From positions 90,001 to 122,000 of the forward strand of contig NZ_CP053627.1 in NCBI RefSeq assembly GCF_013177435.1: a stretch of DNA of 32,000 bases, in the 5' to 3' direction. The notes below the pieces were generated by a model that was given only the letters and a program-made list of their open reading frames with translations, ran no database searches and had not been told where the DNA came from. The stretch comes from Xylella taiwanensis (GTDB lineage: Bacteria > Pseudomonadota > Gammaproteobacteria > Xanthomonadales > Xanthomonadaceae). Shown here piece after piece: positions 20,763 through 30,029 of the stretch (positions are counted from its first letter, which is position 1; every line of letters starts with the position of its first letter). Position numbers and translations under genes: made by a program.

Positions 20763-21001
20763 AGCGGCAAATGACTGAATACAAGGATTGTGCTGCGATA
20801 AAAACGCATTCTCACGTTAGCATGTAGGAGCGCTGTATAGGATGGTGTATCCGTGTGCACCTTCTGTTTATTTTGATTGTTCAGTAATGCATGTGGCTGT
20901 GCGTGAGGTATGCTGACGAACAATTTCCCCTGCCATGACTAGCCTCTTGACGGTTTCCGGACACTTGCCTGCCGTGCTTTGCAGCAGTTTGTTCCGTACC
21001 A

Positions 21002-21918
21002 GCTATAGATGAAGCAATACACGTAGCGTGTGCAGCAGTGTTATGTACTTCAGCACGCTACAGTCATGCATTTTGATATGTTCAAACAGGTACTTCAGCG
21101 CCAAAACGCAGACTCTATCTCGGTCCAGACATGAGGGTGATGCTTTCGAGATGGTCCGGGAGCCCATTGATCCGCTTAACTTTCTTCAAATTGCTTGCGT
21201 TTGCACGGTTGTAATGCGATGTCTTGGCATCGCGCCGCTTGTCGCCTCCTAAGTGCTCTTTCAATGTAACGGGCTGTTGGTTGCGATCAAGTGATTCACG
21301 TTGTCGTTGGTGCCACGTGCCTGATGCAATTACCCCGAGTCGGCATCTGAGTCGATGTGCATATTCATGCCCAAGGCTTCACTGCTGGCCTGGCGTGCTC
21401 TGGAGCATTTCCGGAACGGATTGGTTGCTGGTGTTCCTGGTCCGGTGGGGTGCAGTGATCAGCGTGGTATCTATTGCCATGCCATGCTTGAGTGCCAACA
21501 CGTTGGCTACGTTGTTGGTGTCCAGGAGTGGCTCTGAGCCAGGCTTTAGCGCTCCAACACGTCGTGATGCAATCGCAACATGCTGCGATTGTTGTCGATG
21601 TGTGGCGTCTTTTAATCTATCAGACCAACGAACTGAGGAAACATCAGCATGTGTTACAGCGTTTCTTTCATCTGCTGATCCTGCACTTGCATGGCTACTG
21701 CATGAAATGGATGTGCAGCATTTTCAATAGTGCGCATGGCCGGTGGCTTTCCTGCGGACAGGGAGAGCGATGCCAATGCTGCCAGATCTGGTCGCAGCAT
21801 CATGTGTACTATCCCGTTGAGAAGTTCGTGCTCCCCATGTGTGCGTTGTTATCATCCAAGACTCGGATGGAGTCGATGTGTCGCTCAGGCTCTCATCTGC
21901 ACTTCAATACCCTTCCCC
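21002..21918 (-). mobile_element. Frameshifted relic of an IS5-family (DDE_Tnp_1) transposase gene
   Basis: Manual minus-strand translation. Frame 21723-21379 reads ...LALKHGMAIDTTLITAPHRTRNTSNQSVPEMLQSTPGQQ*. The next frame, 21377-21261, reads ALGMNMHIDSDADSG*LHQARGTNDNVNHLIATNSPLH*. Compare IS5 InsH as recalled: [76 protein letters not shown]. An upstream fragment, 21737-21654, reads MRTIENAAHPFHAVAMQVQDQQMKETL*, which resembles the LSDxxMEDAL region. The reading needs at least 4 frameshifts or stops. A possible outer end, GGAAGGGTATTGAAGT, is the reverse complement of 21903-21918. I found no matching second inverted repeat. Confidence 0.7.
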
Positions 21919-22103
21919 AACATGACGTGCGGTCATGTATACGGATGAACCATTAGGTGAGTGATGATGCGGCAACCCATGCTGTTATTCATGGGGCATG
22001 GGAGTGCGTTGCATCCTGAACGCCATGTGGTGGCTTTACCAACCGCATTGCGGCGATGCTCACTGCTAAAATCCTTCGATTCTCCCTTTCGATGATCTCA
22101 ACC

Positions 22104-22301
22104 ATGAGCCAGACCGTCACCGCACCCGCCAACGCTCAAAAGCGTTACACCGTGCATCGCCGTGATCTGCCATTGAGTTGCCCGATGCCGGAGATGGCAC
22201 TGTGGAACTCGCATCCGCGGGTCTATCTGCCGATAGAGGATGAACCGAATGGCGAGGTGACATGCCCATACTGTGGTGCGATCTACACGCTGATTGACTG
22301 A
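22104..22301 (+). CDS. Small zinc-finger (zf-CHCC-like) protein
   Basis: ORF 22056-22301, with likely start MSQTVTAP at 22104. The C-terminal part, LPLSCPMPEMALWNSHPRVYLPIEDEPNGEVTCPYCGAIYTL, has the C...C / CPYC pattern of NDUFS6-like zinc-finger domain proteins. Confidence 0.65.
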   Translation: MSQTVTAPANAQKRYTVHRRDLPLSCPMPEMALWNSHPRVYLPIEDEPNGEVTCPYCGAIYTLID

Positions 22302-22310
22302 GCGTCTTTC

Positions 22311-23429
22311 TTGCCGATGCGTCGCATCACCGTAGTGCAGTTGCTGCCAACACTGTGTGCTGGCGGTGTCGAACGCTCAACTCTGGAAATTGCCGCAGCG
22401 CTGGTGCAGGCTGGACACCGTGCGGTTGTGATCTCCGCGGGTGGGCCTTTGATCACGCCGTTGGTCAGCAGTGGCGCCGAGCACTTGACGCTGGACATTG
22501 GCCGCAAATCGCTGCTGACACTACGCCACGTCGCTTCACTGCGTCGATTGTTTGCCGAGCTACGTCCTGACATTGTGCATGCACGTTCGCGGTTACCTGC
22601 GTGGCTGAGTTGGTATGCACTGCGTGGCCTTGTCTCCTGCCCAAGGCCGCGGTTCATCACGACTGTGCATGGTCTCAATTCTCCGAACCCCTACAGTGCC
22701 ATCATGACCTATGGTGAACGGGTAATTTGTGTTTCACAGGTGGTGCACGACTATGTACTGCGACATTACCCCCGTACCGATCCGCAGCGGCTGTGTACAA
22801 TCCCACGCGGCATCGACGTCGGTCAGTTTCCACGCCGACCGTATCCGGATCGATGCGCGCGTCTCTGGGCCAGGAAATATGTCCCGTACTTGGATGACGA
22901 CATGTCTTTGCTGCTATTGCCCGGCCGCGGCACGAGATTGAAGGGACATGGTGATGCACTCGCTTTACTGGCGGCACTGCGCAGTGCCGGCCACAACACC
23001 TGCTTGTGGCTGCCTGGTGCGCGCGAATCAGGCCGTGAATCCTACCTAGGTGAGCTGGAAGCCCAAGCCCGCAGGCTGGGCATCGCCGACATGGTTGTAT
23101 TCACTCCACCTACCGAGCATCTCGTTGAAGCCTATGCGGCCAGCGACCTGGTGCTACAACTTTCGTGCAAACCTGAAGCATTCGGTCGCACGGTGCTTGA
23201 GGCACTCGCGGTTGGTCGCCCCGTGCTGGGCTGGAATCATGGTGGTGTTGGCGAATTACTCACCCAACTGCAGCCCGATGGTGCAGTTGCCCCGTTCGAT
23301 GCGGACGTACTTCAGACGCGCGCTGAAATGCTGTTGACACACTCCCCGGAGCTACCTCAAGTCATTCCTTACACGTTGCAGGCAATGCAATCGGCCACGC
23401 TGAAAGTCTATGACGAACTCTGCGCCTGA
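22311..23429 (+). CDS. GT4-family glycosyltransferase, probable LPS core biosynthesis
   Basis: 372-aa ORF. The N-terminus (VVQLLPTLCAGGVERSTLEIAAAL) and the C-terminal EAFGRTVLEALAVGRPVLG (EX7E-type motif) are typical of group 1 glycosyltransferases. The start is the TTG at 22311 or the ATG at 22317. Confidence 0.8.
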   Translation: MPMRRITVVQLLPTLCAGGVERSTLEIAAALVQAGHRAVVISAGGPLITPLVSSGAEHLTLDIGRKSLLTLRHVASLRRLFAELRPDIVHARSRLPAWLSWYALRGLVSCPRPRFITTVHGLNSPNPYSAIMTYGERVICVSQVVHDYVLRHYPRTDPQRLCTIPRGIDVGQFPRRPYPDRCARLWARKYVPYLDDDMSLLLLPGRGTRLKGHGDALALLAALRSAGHNTCLWLPGARESGRESYLGELEAQARRLGIADMVVFTPPTEHLVEAYAASDLVLQLSCKPEAFGRTVLEALAVGRPVLGWNHGGVGELLTQLQPDGAVAPFDADVLQTRAEMLLTHSPELPQVIPYTLQAMQSATLKVYDELCA

Positions 23430-24756
23430 TCTTGCCACCATCTGCACGCCAGTATCGCTGCTTGACGTCGGCCGTTGGGCACCGGTGGGGGTGGTTGTGT
23501 TCGTGGCGCTTTGGCCGCTGCCGGGATTGGCCGCCACGGTCCTTACCCTGAGTGCGCTACTCGCCAGTTACCATCTGATCCGCTATCGCTTTCGTGGTGG
23601 CACCCAGTTGCTTGATGGTCCGGTCTGGGCGCTGACCAGCGTTTTTTTCATGGCCTACTGGCTGCCACAGGTGGTGTCTTTATTCGGAGCTTTGGACCTC
23701 TCCGAGACGTTACGCAAGGTCGCTACAGACCTGCGCTATTTACCTTTCATGTGGTTATGCGCGATTGCCGTAGCGACCCCCGAGCGTCGGGATCGCACCT
23801 TCAGAGGGCTTGCCGCGATCGGGTTGGTCTGGACGTTGGATGCGCTGGCCCAGGCGGTGTTCGGCACCAGTCCGTTGTTCTGGTTGTTGAATCAGCTCAA
23901 ACAGGGGATGGGAGGCTATGGATTCTGCACATCCCAGGAGATGATATTAGCTGACCGTCTGAGCGGGATTTTCGGCCCATGTAATCTCAAACTTGGCCAG
24001 ATTTTGGCAACTTTGTCGCCATTTGTGCTGTTTGCAGTGCAACGTCGCAGTTTTACGCTGTGGCTGCTGGCCGTGGTGGTGATCGGCATCGTGCTGTTGT
24101 TGGCAGGGTCGCGTGCTTCCTGGATCACCTATGGTCTGATTCTGATGCTGTCAGGCTGGAGATTGCTTGGGATGCGGCGTTTACTGGGACTGAGTGTACT
24201 CTTCTTGCCATTGACGGTCGCAGTGGTTGCCTTTTCACCTCAAACACGCGAACGCATCTACCGTACCGCAGCGATTTTTGCCGATCATGGCGGTGGAGTG
24301 GACAAGGCATTGTCCGGACGCAGCCAAATCTGGCACGCGGCGGTGTGTATGATCCGTGCGCATCCCTTTAGTGGCGTTGGCGTGCGGGGTTTTCGGGATG
24401 CTTATCCTGCTTGTGACCCCACGCCAGACCGGATGCCAGCCTGGGGCACAGGGCCTGCACTGCACGCGCACCAAATCGTGTTGGAAATCCTCTCTGAAAC
24501 CGGCGTGATTGGCTTGCTGCTCTGGGTGGCTGGTGCAGCAATGGCTTGGCGTGCTTGGCGTTATGCTGCTACTACCGCGCGCGACCGTGCTCGCCCAGCG
24601 ATGATCTCATTATTGGCGACAGTGTTCCCCTTCAATACTCACTTGGCGTTCTATTCCAGCTTCTGGGGTGCCTTGATGCTGATGCTGGCCGGTCTCTATG
24701 CTGGAGCGTTGCTTCAGGATCGCGACGGTAAGAAAGCAGGTCCGGCAGACGGATAA
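23410..24756 (+). CDS. O-antigen ligase family (Wzy_C domain) polytopic membrane protein
   Basis: 448-aa ORF with many hydrophobic segments. It has GSRASWITYGLILML and a periplasmic-loop motif ALHAHQIVLEILSETGVIGLLLW that resembles the WaaL/O-antigen ligase family. It overlaps the preceding glycosyltransferase gene by 20 nt. Confidence 0.75.
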   Translation: MTNSAPDLATICTPVSLLDVGRWAPVGVVVFVALWPLPGLAATVLTLSALLASYHLIRYRFRGGTQLLDGPVWALTSVFFMAYWLPQVVSLFGALDLSETLRKVATDLRYLPFMWLCAIAVATPERRDRTFRGLAAIGLVWTLDALAQAVFGTSPLFWLLNQLKQGMGGYGFCTSQEMILADRLSGIFGPCNLKLGQILATLSPFVLFAVQRRSFTLWLLAVVVIGIVLLLAGSRASWITYGLILMLSGWRLLGMRRLLGLSVLFLPLTVAVVAFSPQTRERIYRTAAIFADHGGGVDKALSGRSQIWHAAVCMIRAHPFSGVGVRGFRDAYPACDPTPDRMPAWGTGPALHAHQIVLEILSETGVIGLLLWVAGAAMAWRAWRYAATTARDRARPAMISLLATVFPFNTHLAFYSSFWGALMLMLAGLYAGALLQDRDGKKAGPADG

Positions 24757-24952
24757 CGGTAAGTAGCCGTTGTGTCGATCTGATCTGATGGCATAGGGAC
24801 TCGCAGTCAGCCGATATCATGCAGGTTGATCACGTTCACACCGTTGCGCAACCGCTGTCATGGTGGGTATTGGCGCTGCACTATCGTGTTCAAGGGATCA
24901 GTAAGGAAGACATGCCGATCCATGGACCCAGAGGGGGGCCAAGATCAGAAAT

Positions 24953-25873
24953 TCAGTCGTAGAAGCTGCTGTGTCCATCTGGTTGCCGTTTGAAACGGCG
25001 ATGGACCCATAAATATTGATCCGGTGCCTCTTGTATCATCGCTTCGATCACTTGATTCACGCGTGCGGTGTCGGCAGCCATATCGTCGGATGGGAAATCG
25101 GTCAATGGTGGTGCGATCTTCAACACGTAGTCGCTTCCTTGGCGGCGATGAAAGTAAGGCACCACTGCACAGCCGGTGAGACGGGCGAGTTGATGGGTTG
25201 CGGTGATGGTCGCTGCCGGCATACCAAAGAAGGGTGCAAACACCGTATCTTTGCCTCGCATGTCTTGGTCTGGTGCGTACCACAGGAAGCCACCACGCTT
25301 AAGGTGCTTGATCGTTGCACGCAACTCTTCGTTGGCAAACATATGTGTGGCGTAGCGTAGCCGCCCACGTTTGACTGCCCACTCCAATACCGGATGGCGA
25401 TGGCGCCGGTACATGCCGGCCAATGGCACGTAGTCGCACAGCAGTCGCCCGCATATCTCCAAAGTCATGAAGTGTCCGGAGACAAGCAACACGCCGCGGC
25501 CTTCACGCTGCAGCTGGCGCAGGTGTTCCAGACCTTCCAGACGTATGCCCGCACGGATTACGTCGATCGTTCCCCACCAAGCGCGTGCAAACTCGAACAA
25601 GCCCACACCCAACGCATCAAAATTCTTGCGCAACAAGTTTTGCCGCCAAGCCTCATCGTGTTGTGGAAAGCACAGCCGCAAATTGACCTCAGCCGCATGC
25701 CGGCGAGTCCTCAGCAGACGCAGTGCGACTGGCCCAATCATCCGGCCCAGCAGGTGCTGTAGTCCCCAAGGCAGGCGTGCGGCTATCACCATCCCGCACA
25801 GTGCCAAGTACATCGGCCAGTGTGCCGGTTTCAGTAAGGACGGACGCGGGGTAACGTCGCTAAATTCTGACAT
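24953..25873 (-). CDS. lpxL: Lipid A biosynthesis lauroyl/myristoyl (late) acyltransferase
   Basis: 306-aa ORF, collinear with the LpxL/HtrB family (N-terminal membrane anchor, NLRLCFP, VLLVSGHFMTLE with the catalytic His, PDQD...G). It is divergent from waaA. Confidence 0.85.
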   Translation of the reverse strand: MSEFSDVTPRPSLLKPAHWPMYLALCGMVIAARLPWGLQHLLGRMIGPVALRLLRTRRHAAEVNLRLCFPQHDEAWRQNLLRKNFDALGVGLFEFARAWWGTIDVIRAGIRLEGLEHLRQLQREGRGVLLVSGHFMTLEICGRLLCDYVPLAGMYRRHRHPVLEWAVKRGRLRYATHMFANEELRATIKHLKRGGFLWYAPDQDMRGKDTVFAPFFGMPAATITATHQLARLTGCAVVPYFHRRQGSDYVLKIAPPLTDFPSDDMAADTARVNQVIEAMIQEAPDQYLWVHRRFKRQPDGHSSFYD

Positions 25874-25953
25874 AGAGCAATTCTATGGGATTAGCTTCAG
25901 TATGTTCCCTATCTCCATAGGCGCGCGGTAATCGGCTTCCGTATCCTTGGCAG

Positions 25954-27264
25954 ATGAGAAAAGATCCAATTGAATGGCTGCTACGCACAATATATTCGGC
26001 CCTGCTGTATCTGTTACTCCCCGTCACCATCTACCATTTGGTCTGGCGTGGCTTTCGTCTTCGTGAATATTTCAATCGCTGGAATGAGCGCTATGCCTCG
26101 TATCCACCGTCGTGTGGACGTCCTCGAGTGTGGTTACACGCCGTTTCGGTGGGGGAAGTCAATGCCGCTGCGTCTTTGGTTGACGCTTTGCGCCGCCAAC
26201 GACCGGATATCCGTTGGGTCATCACCACCATTACCCCAACCGGTTCCGGGCGCGTGCGTGCGCTCTGGGGAGAATCATTGGAGCACGTCTACTTGCCATA
26301 TGATGTGCCTGGCAGTGTCGAACGCTTCTTGCGGTATTTTCGTCCGCAGTTAGCGCTGATTCTGGAAACCGAGCTCTGGCCGAATCTGCTGTTTGGATGC
26401 CGCAGTCATGGCATTCCTGTTTATATCCTCAATGCACGGCTGTCGGCACGTTCACTACGTGGCTATCGTTTGCTCGCACCGCTTATTGCACGTGTGTTAC
26501 GTTCGGTGGTGTGTGTGGCAGCGCAGTCCCAAGACGATGCAGCACGCTTTTTGCGTCTGGGCGCGCGTCCTGATCAAGTGGTTGCATTGGGTAATTTGAA
26601 GTTTGACATCCCCATACCAGAGCACCTGGATGCTTTCGTGGCTGTATTCCGCAGGGGTGTGCCGGCGGCGCGGCCAGTGTGGATTGCGGCCAGCACCCAT
26701 GAAGGCGAGGAGGCTGCCGTCATCGACATCCATGCGCGCTTACTGCGTCTTATCCCGGGTGTATTGCTGCTGTGGGCACCACGTCACCCGGAGCGTTTTC
26801 ATAAGGTCGAGGGACTGGCACGTGGGTACGGCTGGCGCGTTAATACGCGCCAACAACACATGTGGCCGGATGTTGCTACCGACGTGTTTGTTATCGATAC
26901 ACTTGGTGAGCTCACGGCATTTTACGCATGCGCCCAGGTTGCTTTTGTTGGCGGCAGCTTGCAGCCAGTCGGAGGTCACAATCTGCTTGAGCCGGCAGCC
27001 GTTGGTACCGCTACAGTGACCGGATCGCATCTGCACAATTTTTCAGAGATCTCGCGGCGCATGAAGTCTGCTCATGCGTTGGAAATCTGTGCCGACGCCG
27101 ACGCAGTCGGCGTGATGCTGGAACAGCTACTGGCAGATCCGACCAAGCGTACGCAGATGGCCCAGGCTGGATTGGCGTTAGTTGCCAACGGACGTGGTGC
27201 AGTTGCACGCACACTGGAGCAGATCCATCCACATTTGCCACCAACGATGTCTGTTGAGAAGTGA
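25954..27264 (+). CDS. waaA: 3-deoxy-D-manno-octulosonic acid (Kdo) transferase
   Basis: 436-aa ORF. WLHAVSVGEVNAAASLVDAL, ILETELWPNLL, and GGSLQPVGGHNLLEPAA are conserved WaaA/KdtA blocks. Confidence 0.9.
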   Translation: MRKDPIEWLLRTIYSALLYLLLPVTIYHLVWRGFRLREYFNRWNERYASYPPSCGRPRVWLHAVSVGEVNAAASLVDALRRQRPDIRWVITTITPTGSGRVRALWGESLEHVYLPYDVPGSVERFLRYFRPQLALILETELWPNLLFGCRSHGIPVYILNARLSARSLRGYRLLAPLIARVLRSVVCVAAQSQDDAARFLRLGARPDQVVALGNLKFDIPIPEHLDAFVAVFRRGVPAARPVWIAASTHEGEEAAVIDIHARLLRLIPGVLLLWAPRHPERFHKVEGLARGYGWRVNTRQQHMWPDVATDVFVIDTLGELTAFYACAQVAFVGGSLQPVGGHNLLEPAAVGTATVTGSHLHNFSEISRRMKSAHALEICADADAVGVMLEQLLADPTKRTQMAQAGLALVANGRGAVARTLEQIHPHLPPTMSVEK

Positions 27265-27291
27265 GTGCGGTTGAGGTGCAATGTTCAAAGG

Positions 27292-27316
27292 CCAACACGG
27301 AGATATCAGGTGTTGG
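27292..27316 (+). terminator. Weak candidate terminator hairpin after waaA
   Basis: CCAACAC ggagatatcag GTGTTGG (7-bp stem, 11-nt loop), 28 nt after the waaA stop and followed by TATATCGC. The T-tract is poor. Confidence 0.25.
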
Positions 27317-28646
27317 TATATCGCAGTCCAAAACCTGTCAGCACTTATCATGCGCTTAAAGATTTTGTATTTTTACGTCAAACCTTGACTCCAGGGTTGT
27401 GATGTTGGAATGACTGGTACTTGATACGCGTGTACAAGCGCTCTATCACGTTTCCCTTCAGATATCAGATGTTCTGCGGTAATAATCAACTGCACGGGCT
27501 TGTTCGGAGCCTTCCGAGGTCGCCTGAGATTCAAATGGTGTCGCCCAACGGAGTGCTTGTGGCTCGTTGTTTCTGAAGCCTTTAGTGCACTACTGATGCT
27601 ACTCACGATCATTGGGTTGATCAGGATGCGTTGGACTTGCATCTGGCCTGCTATCGGCAAGCACAAAATATTTCCAAACATCATGATTACCGCCATCGGA
27701 ACACACCCATGTACACGGGTGCCAGAGGCTTTATTCCCTGGACAAACGCCATCATGGAGGACTGATGTGAGTCATCTATCGCACGGTTTGGATGAATACG
27801 TCCGTTGGACTCAAGCTGTTTGCTTTGCCGGATAAGATTCATTGGCACTGCTCCCAAGCGTAACAATCATCCTGACGTGCCCGTGCAGCAAGTAGTATTT
27901 CAATACCTGTCAATGTCAAGAGAACTTGGTGGTCCGTCTGCCTAAGGGCACGAATCTATGCGTGCTCAGTCAAGGATGCATGACGACATTCCGTGCCTGC
28001 TCAAGACAAGAGGCGATTGATCTGTGAACACCGCCAAGAAGTTATAAATGAAAACATCCTCCTGTAGTCCAGTTCCTGGTTCAGTAGTCCCTTAGACGTG
28101 CTTTTTAAGTGTGCGTGGTCTATGGCCTGTTCCATGTCATCGCCAATGACGGGCAGGCCGTCATTGTCCCGACATGGATAACTGCGGCCAATGTGCTGGG
28201 TTAAGCGGAGCAGTTCCCCATGACTTGGAGTGGGAGGACAGACATGCATGCAAATCAGTCGTTAACTTATGTCCATCAGGGCCAGTGCGCGACCTTGACC
28301 CAAATGTGCTAGGGATGCTCTGAGAAACCCCCGCAACATTGTTACAACTCATTGATTCACATGAGATGAGATTCCATCCATGCAGTTTCAGAAGATTTCA
28401 GACATCCCTACCCCGGTTTGGCGAGGCGTATGTAGATCAAGCACACTGACCAAGGCATCCTGTCCAGGAGGTATCAAACGCTGAACCAACACCATCAAGC
28501 CATATCTGCGGGCAACCTGATTAGCAACAAGCTCAAGTTCAAGTGTGCCTTGTTCTGCTTAGCAGCGAGTAATCTAAAAATACTTTCAAATACCATACTC
28601 TACCCCCTTGCGGTGGTGACTAATTGCCTAGATATCTCAAGCTTCC

Positions 28647-30029
28647 ATGACACATTGCGCCCTGTTTGCCTTGTTACGTTGGCTGGTCGGATTCAGTCTG
28701 GCCACTGTGGTACTCCCAGCTGCGATCGCCCAAAACTTCGCCGCAATTAAACCGTCGCCCCAACAGATAGCGTGGCAGGACCTGGGATTTGGCGTCATCG
28801 TCCATTTCAACCCTAATACTTGGCTGAATCAGGAGTGGGGTGATGGTAGTGCCACTCCGAAGGTGTTCAATCCCACCCAGGTCGATCCCGGCCAGTGGGC
28901 GCGAGCAGCCAAAGCAGCAGGAGCCAAGTACCTGATCTTGGTGGCTAAGCACCATGATGGCTTCGCCCTATGGCCAACGGCGCAGAGTGAGTATTCGATT
29001 AAGCATAGCCCGTGGATGGACGGCAAAGGCGACTTGGTGAAGTTGACCGCTGAAGCGGTACGTCAGGAAGGGATGGGTTTCGGGATCTACCTTTCGCCGT
29101 GGGACCGTCATGAACCCAAATATTCTGACGCTCATGCCTACAATCAGTTTTATGCTGCGCAACTCGTGGAACTCGCATTGCACTACGGCCCAATCACCGA
29201 ATGGTGGCTGGACGGGGCCGGCAGTGCAGGCCACGTATACGATTTCGATAAATATCTGGAAGAGTTGCGCACCTACCAGCCTAATGCAATGGTCTTTGCC
29301 GACACGGCATTATTCAAATATGGCGACATCCGCTGGGTTGGCAACGAAGCTGGTGTTATCGAAGGTGAGAACTGGAATGTCATCGATCGCCACGGTGATT
29401 TGCGGTGGCGTCCAATAGAAGTCGATACCCCGTTGCACCAGTTGCAGTGGTTTTGGCATCCAAACAACGAGCAGACTCTCAAAAGCGTGGATGAGTTGAT
29501 CGCTATCTGGGAGAAGAGTGTTGGTCTGGGTGGCCAATTGATATTGGGTATTGCTCCAGACACGCGGGGCCTGCTGCCGGAAGCAGACGTCAAACGGCTA
29601 CAGGAAATGGGGGCAGCAATCCAGGCGCGTTACGGTCCCGGCAAGAACCTGGTCCCTGCGAATCTGAAAAATCAACAAGCCATCTTTCCAGCGGTGGACG
29701 GTGATTTGGATACTTTTTGGAGCGCGCCGCAAGGCTCACACAGTGCAGTGTTTGAACTCCATTTCAAGCGACCAATCACCTTTGACACTGCACTGAGCAT
29801 GGAATGGATCAATGATGGCCAGCTGGTACAGAAGTATGTGATCGAAGTCTGGCAGCAAGGCAAATGGGTGCGCGTTGCCCAAGCGCAAGCAATCGGTAGG
29901 ATGAAGATTGATCATTTTGCTTCGGTGACCGCTTCCCGCGTCCGTCTAAATATCCTTGCCAGTGCGGATGCGGTGCATATCCGTGAGTTTCAGTTGTTCA
30001 ATACGGGTAATAGTGTGGCGGCAAATTAG
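28647..30029 (+). CDS. Secreted GH29 alpha-L-fucosidase with a C-terminal F5/8 type C (discoidin) domain
   Basis: 460-aa ORF. It has a signal-like N-terminus (ALLRWLVGFSLATVVLPAAIAQ), a GH29 block (AGAKYLILVAKHHDGFALWPT...GIYLSPWDRH), and a C-terminal discoidin-like region of about 130 aa (DGDLDTFWSAP...VRLNIL). Confidence 0.85.
   Translation: MTHCALFALLRWLVGFSLATVVLPAAIAQNFAAIKPSPQQIAWQDLGFGVIVHFNPNTWLNQEWGDGSATPKVFNPTQVDPGQWARAAKAAGAKYLILVAKHHDGFALWPTAQSEYSIKHSPWMDGKGDLVKLTAEAVRQEGMGFGIYLSPWDRHEPKYSDAHAYNQFYAAQLVELALHYGPITEWWLDGAGSAGHVYDFDKYLEELRTYQPNAMVFADTALFKYGDIRWVGNEAGVIEGENWNVIDRHGDLRWRPIEVDTPLHQLQWFWHPNNEQTLKSVDELIAIWEKSVGLGGQLILGIAPDTRGLLPEADVKRLQEMGAAIQARYGPGKNLVPANLKNQQAIFPAVDGDLDTFWSAPQGSHSAVFELHFKRPITFDTALSMEWINDGQLVQKYVIEVWQQGKWVRVAQAQAIGRMKIDHFASVTASRVRLNILASADAVHIREFQLFNTGNSVAAN

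Noticed and set aside
21224-21956. Plus-strand ORFs of 168 and 154 codons in the ilvD upstream gap, which could be called hypothetical proteins
   Set aside because: They overlap each other in different frames, are Cys/Trp/Arg-rich, and lie antisense to the IS5-family transposase relic. The relic explains the open frames better.
28001-28249. Possible degenerate Fic/Doc motif (SYPCRDNDGLPV versus HPFxDGNGRxxR) in a minus-strand ORF
   Set aside because: Only P, D and G align. The catalytic His, the Asn and the Arg residues are absent. The sequence after the motif does not resemble a Fic fold. The evidence is too weak to call.
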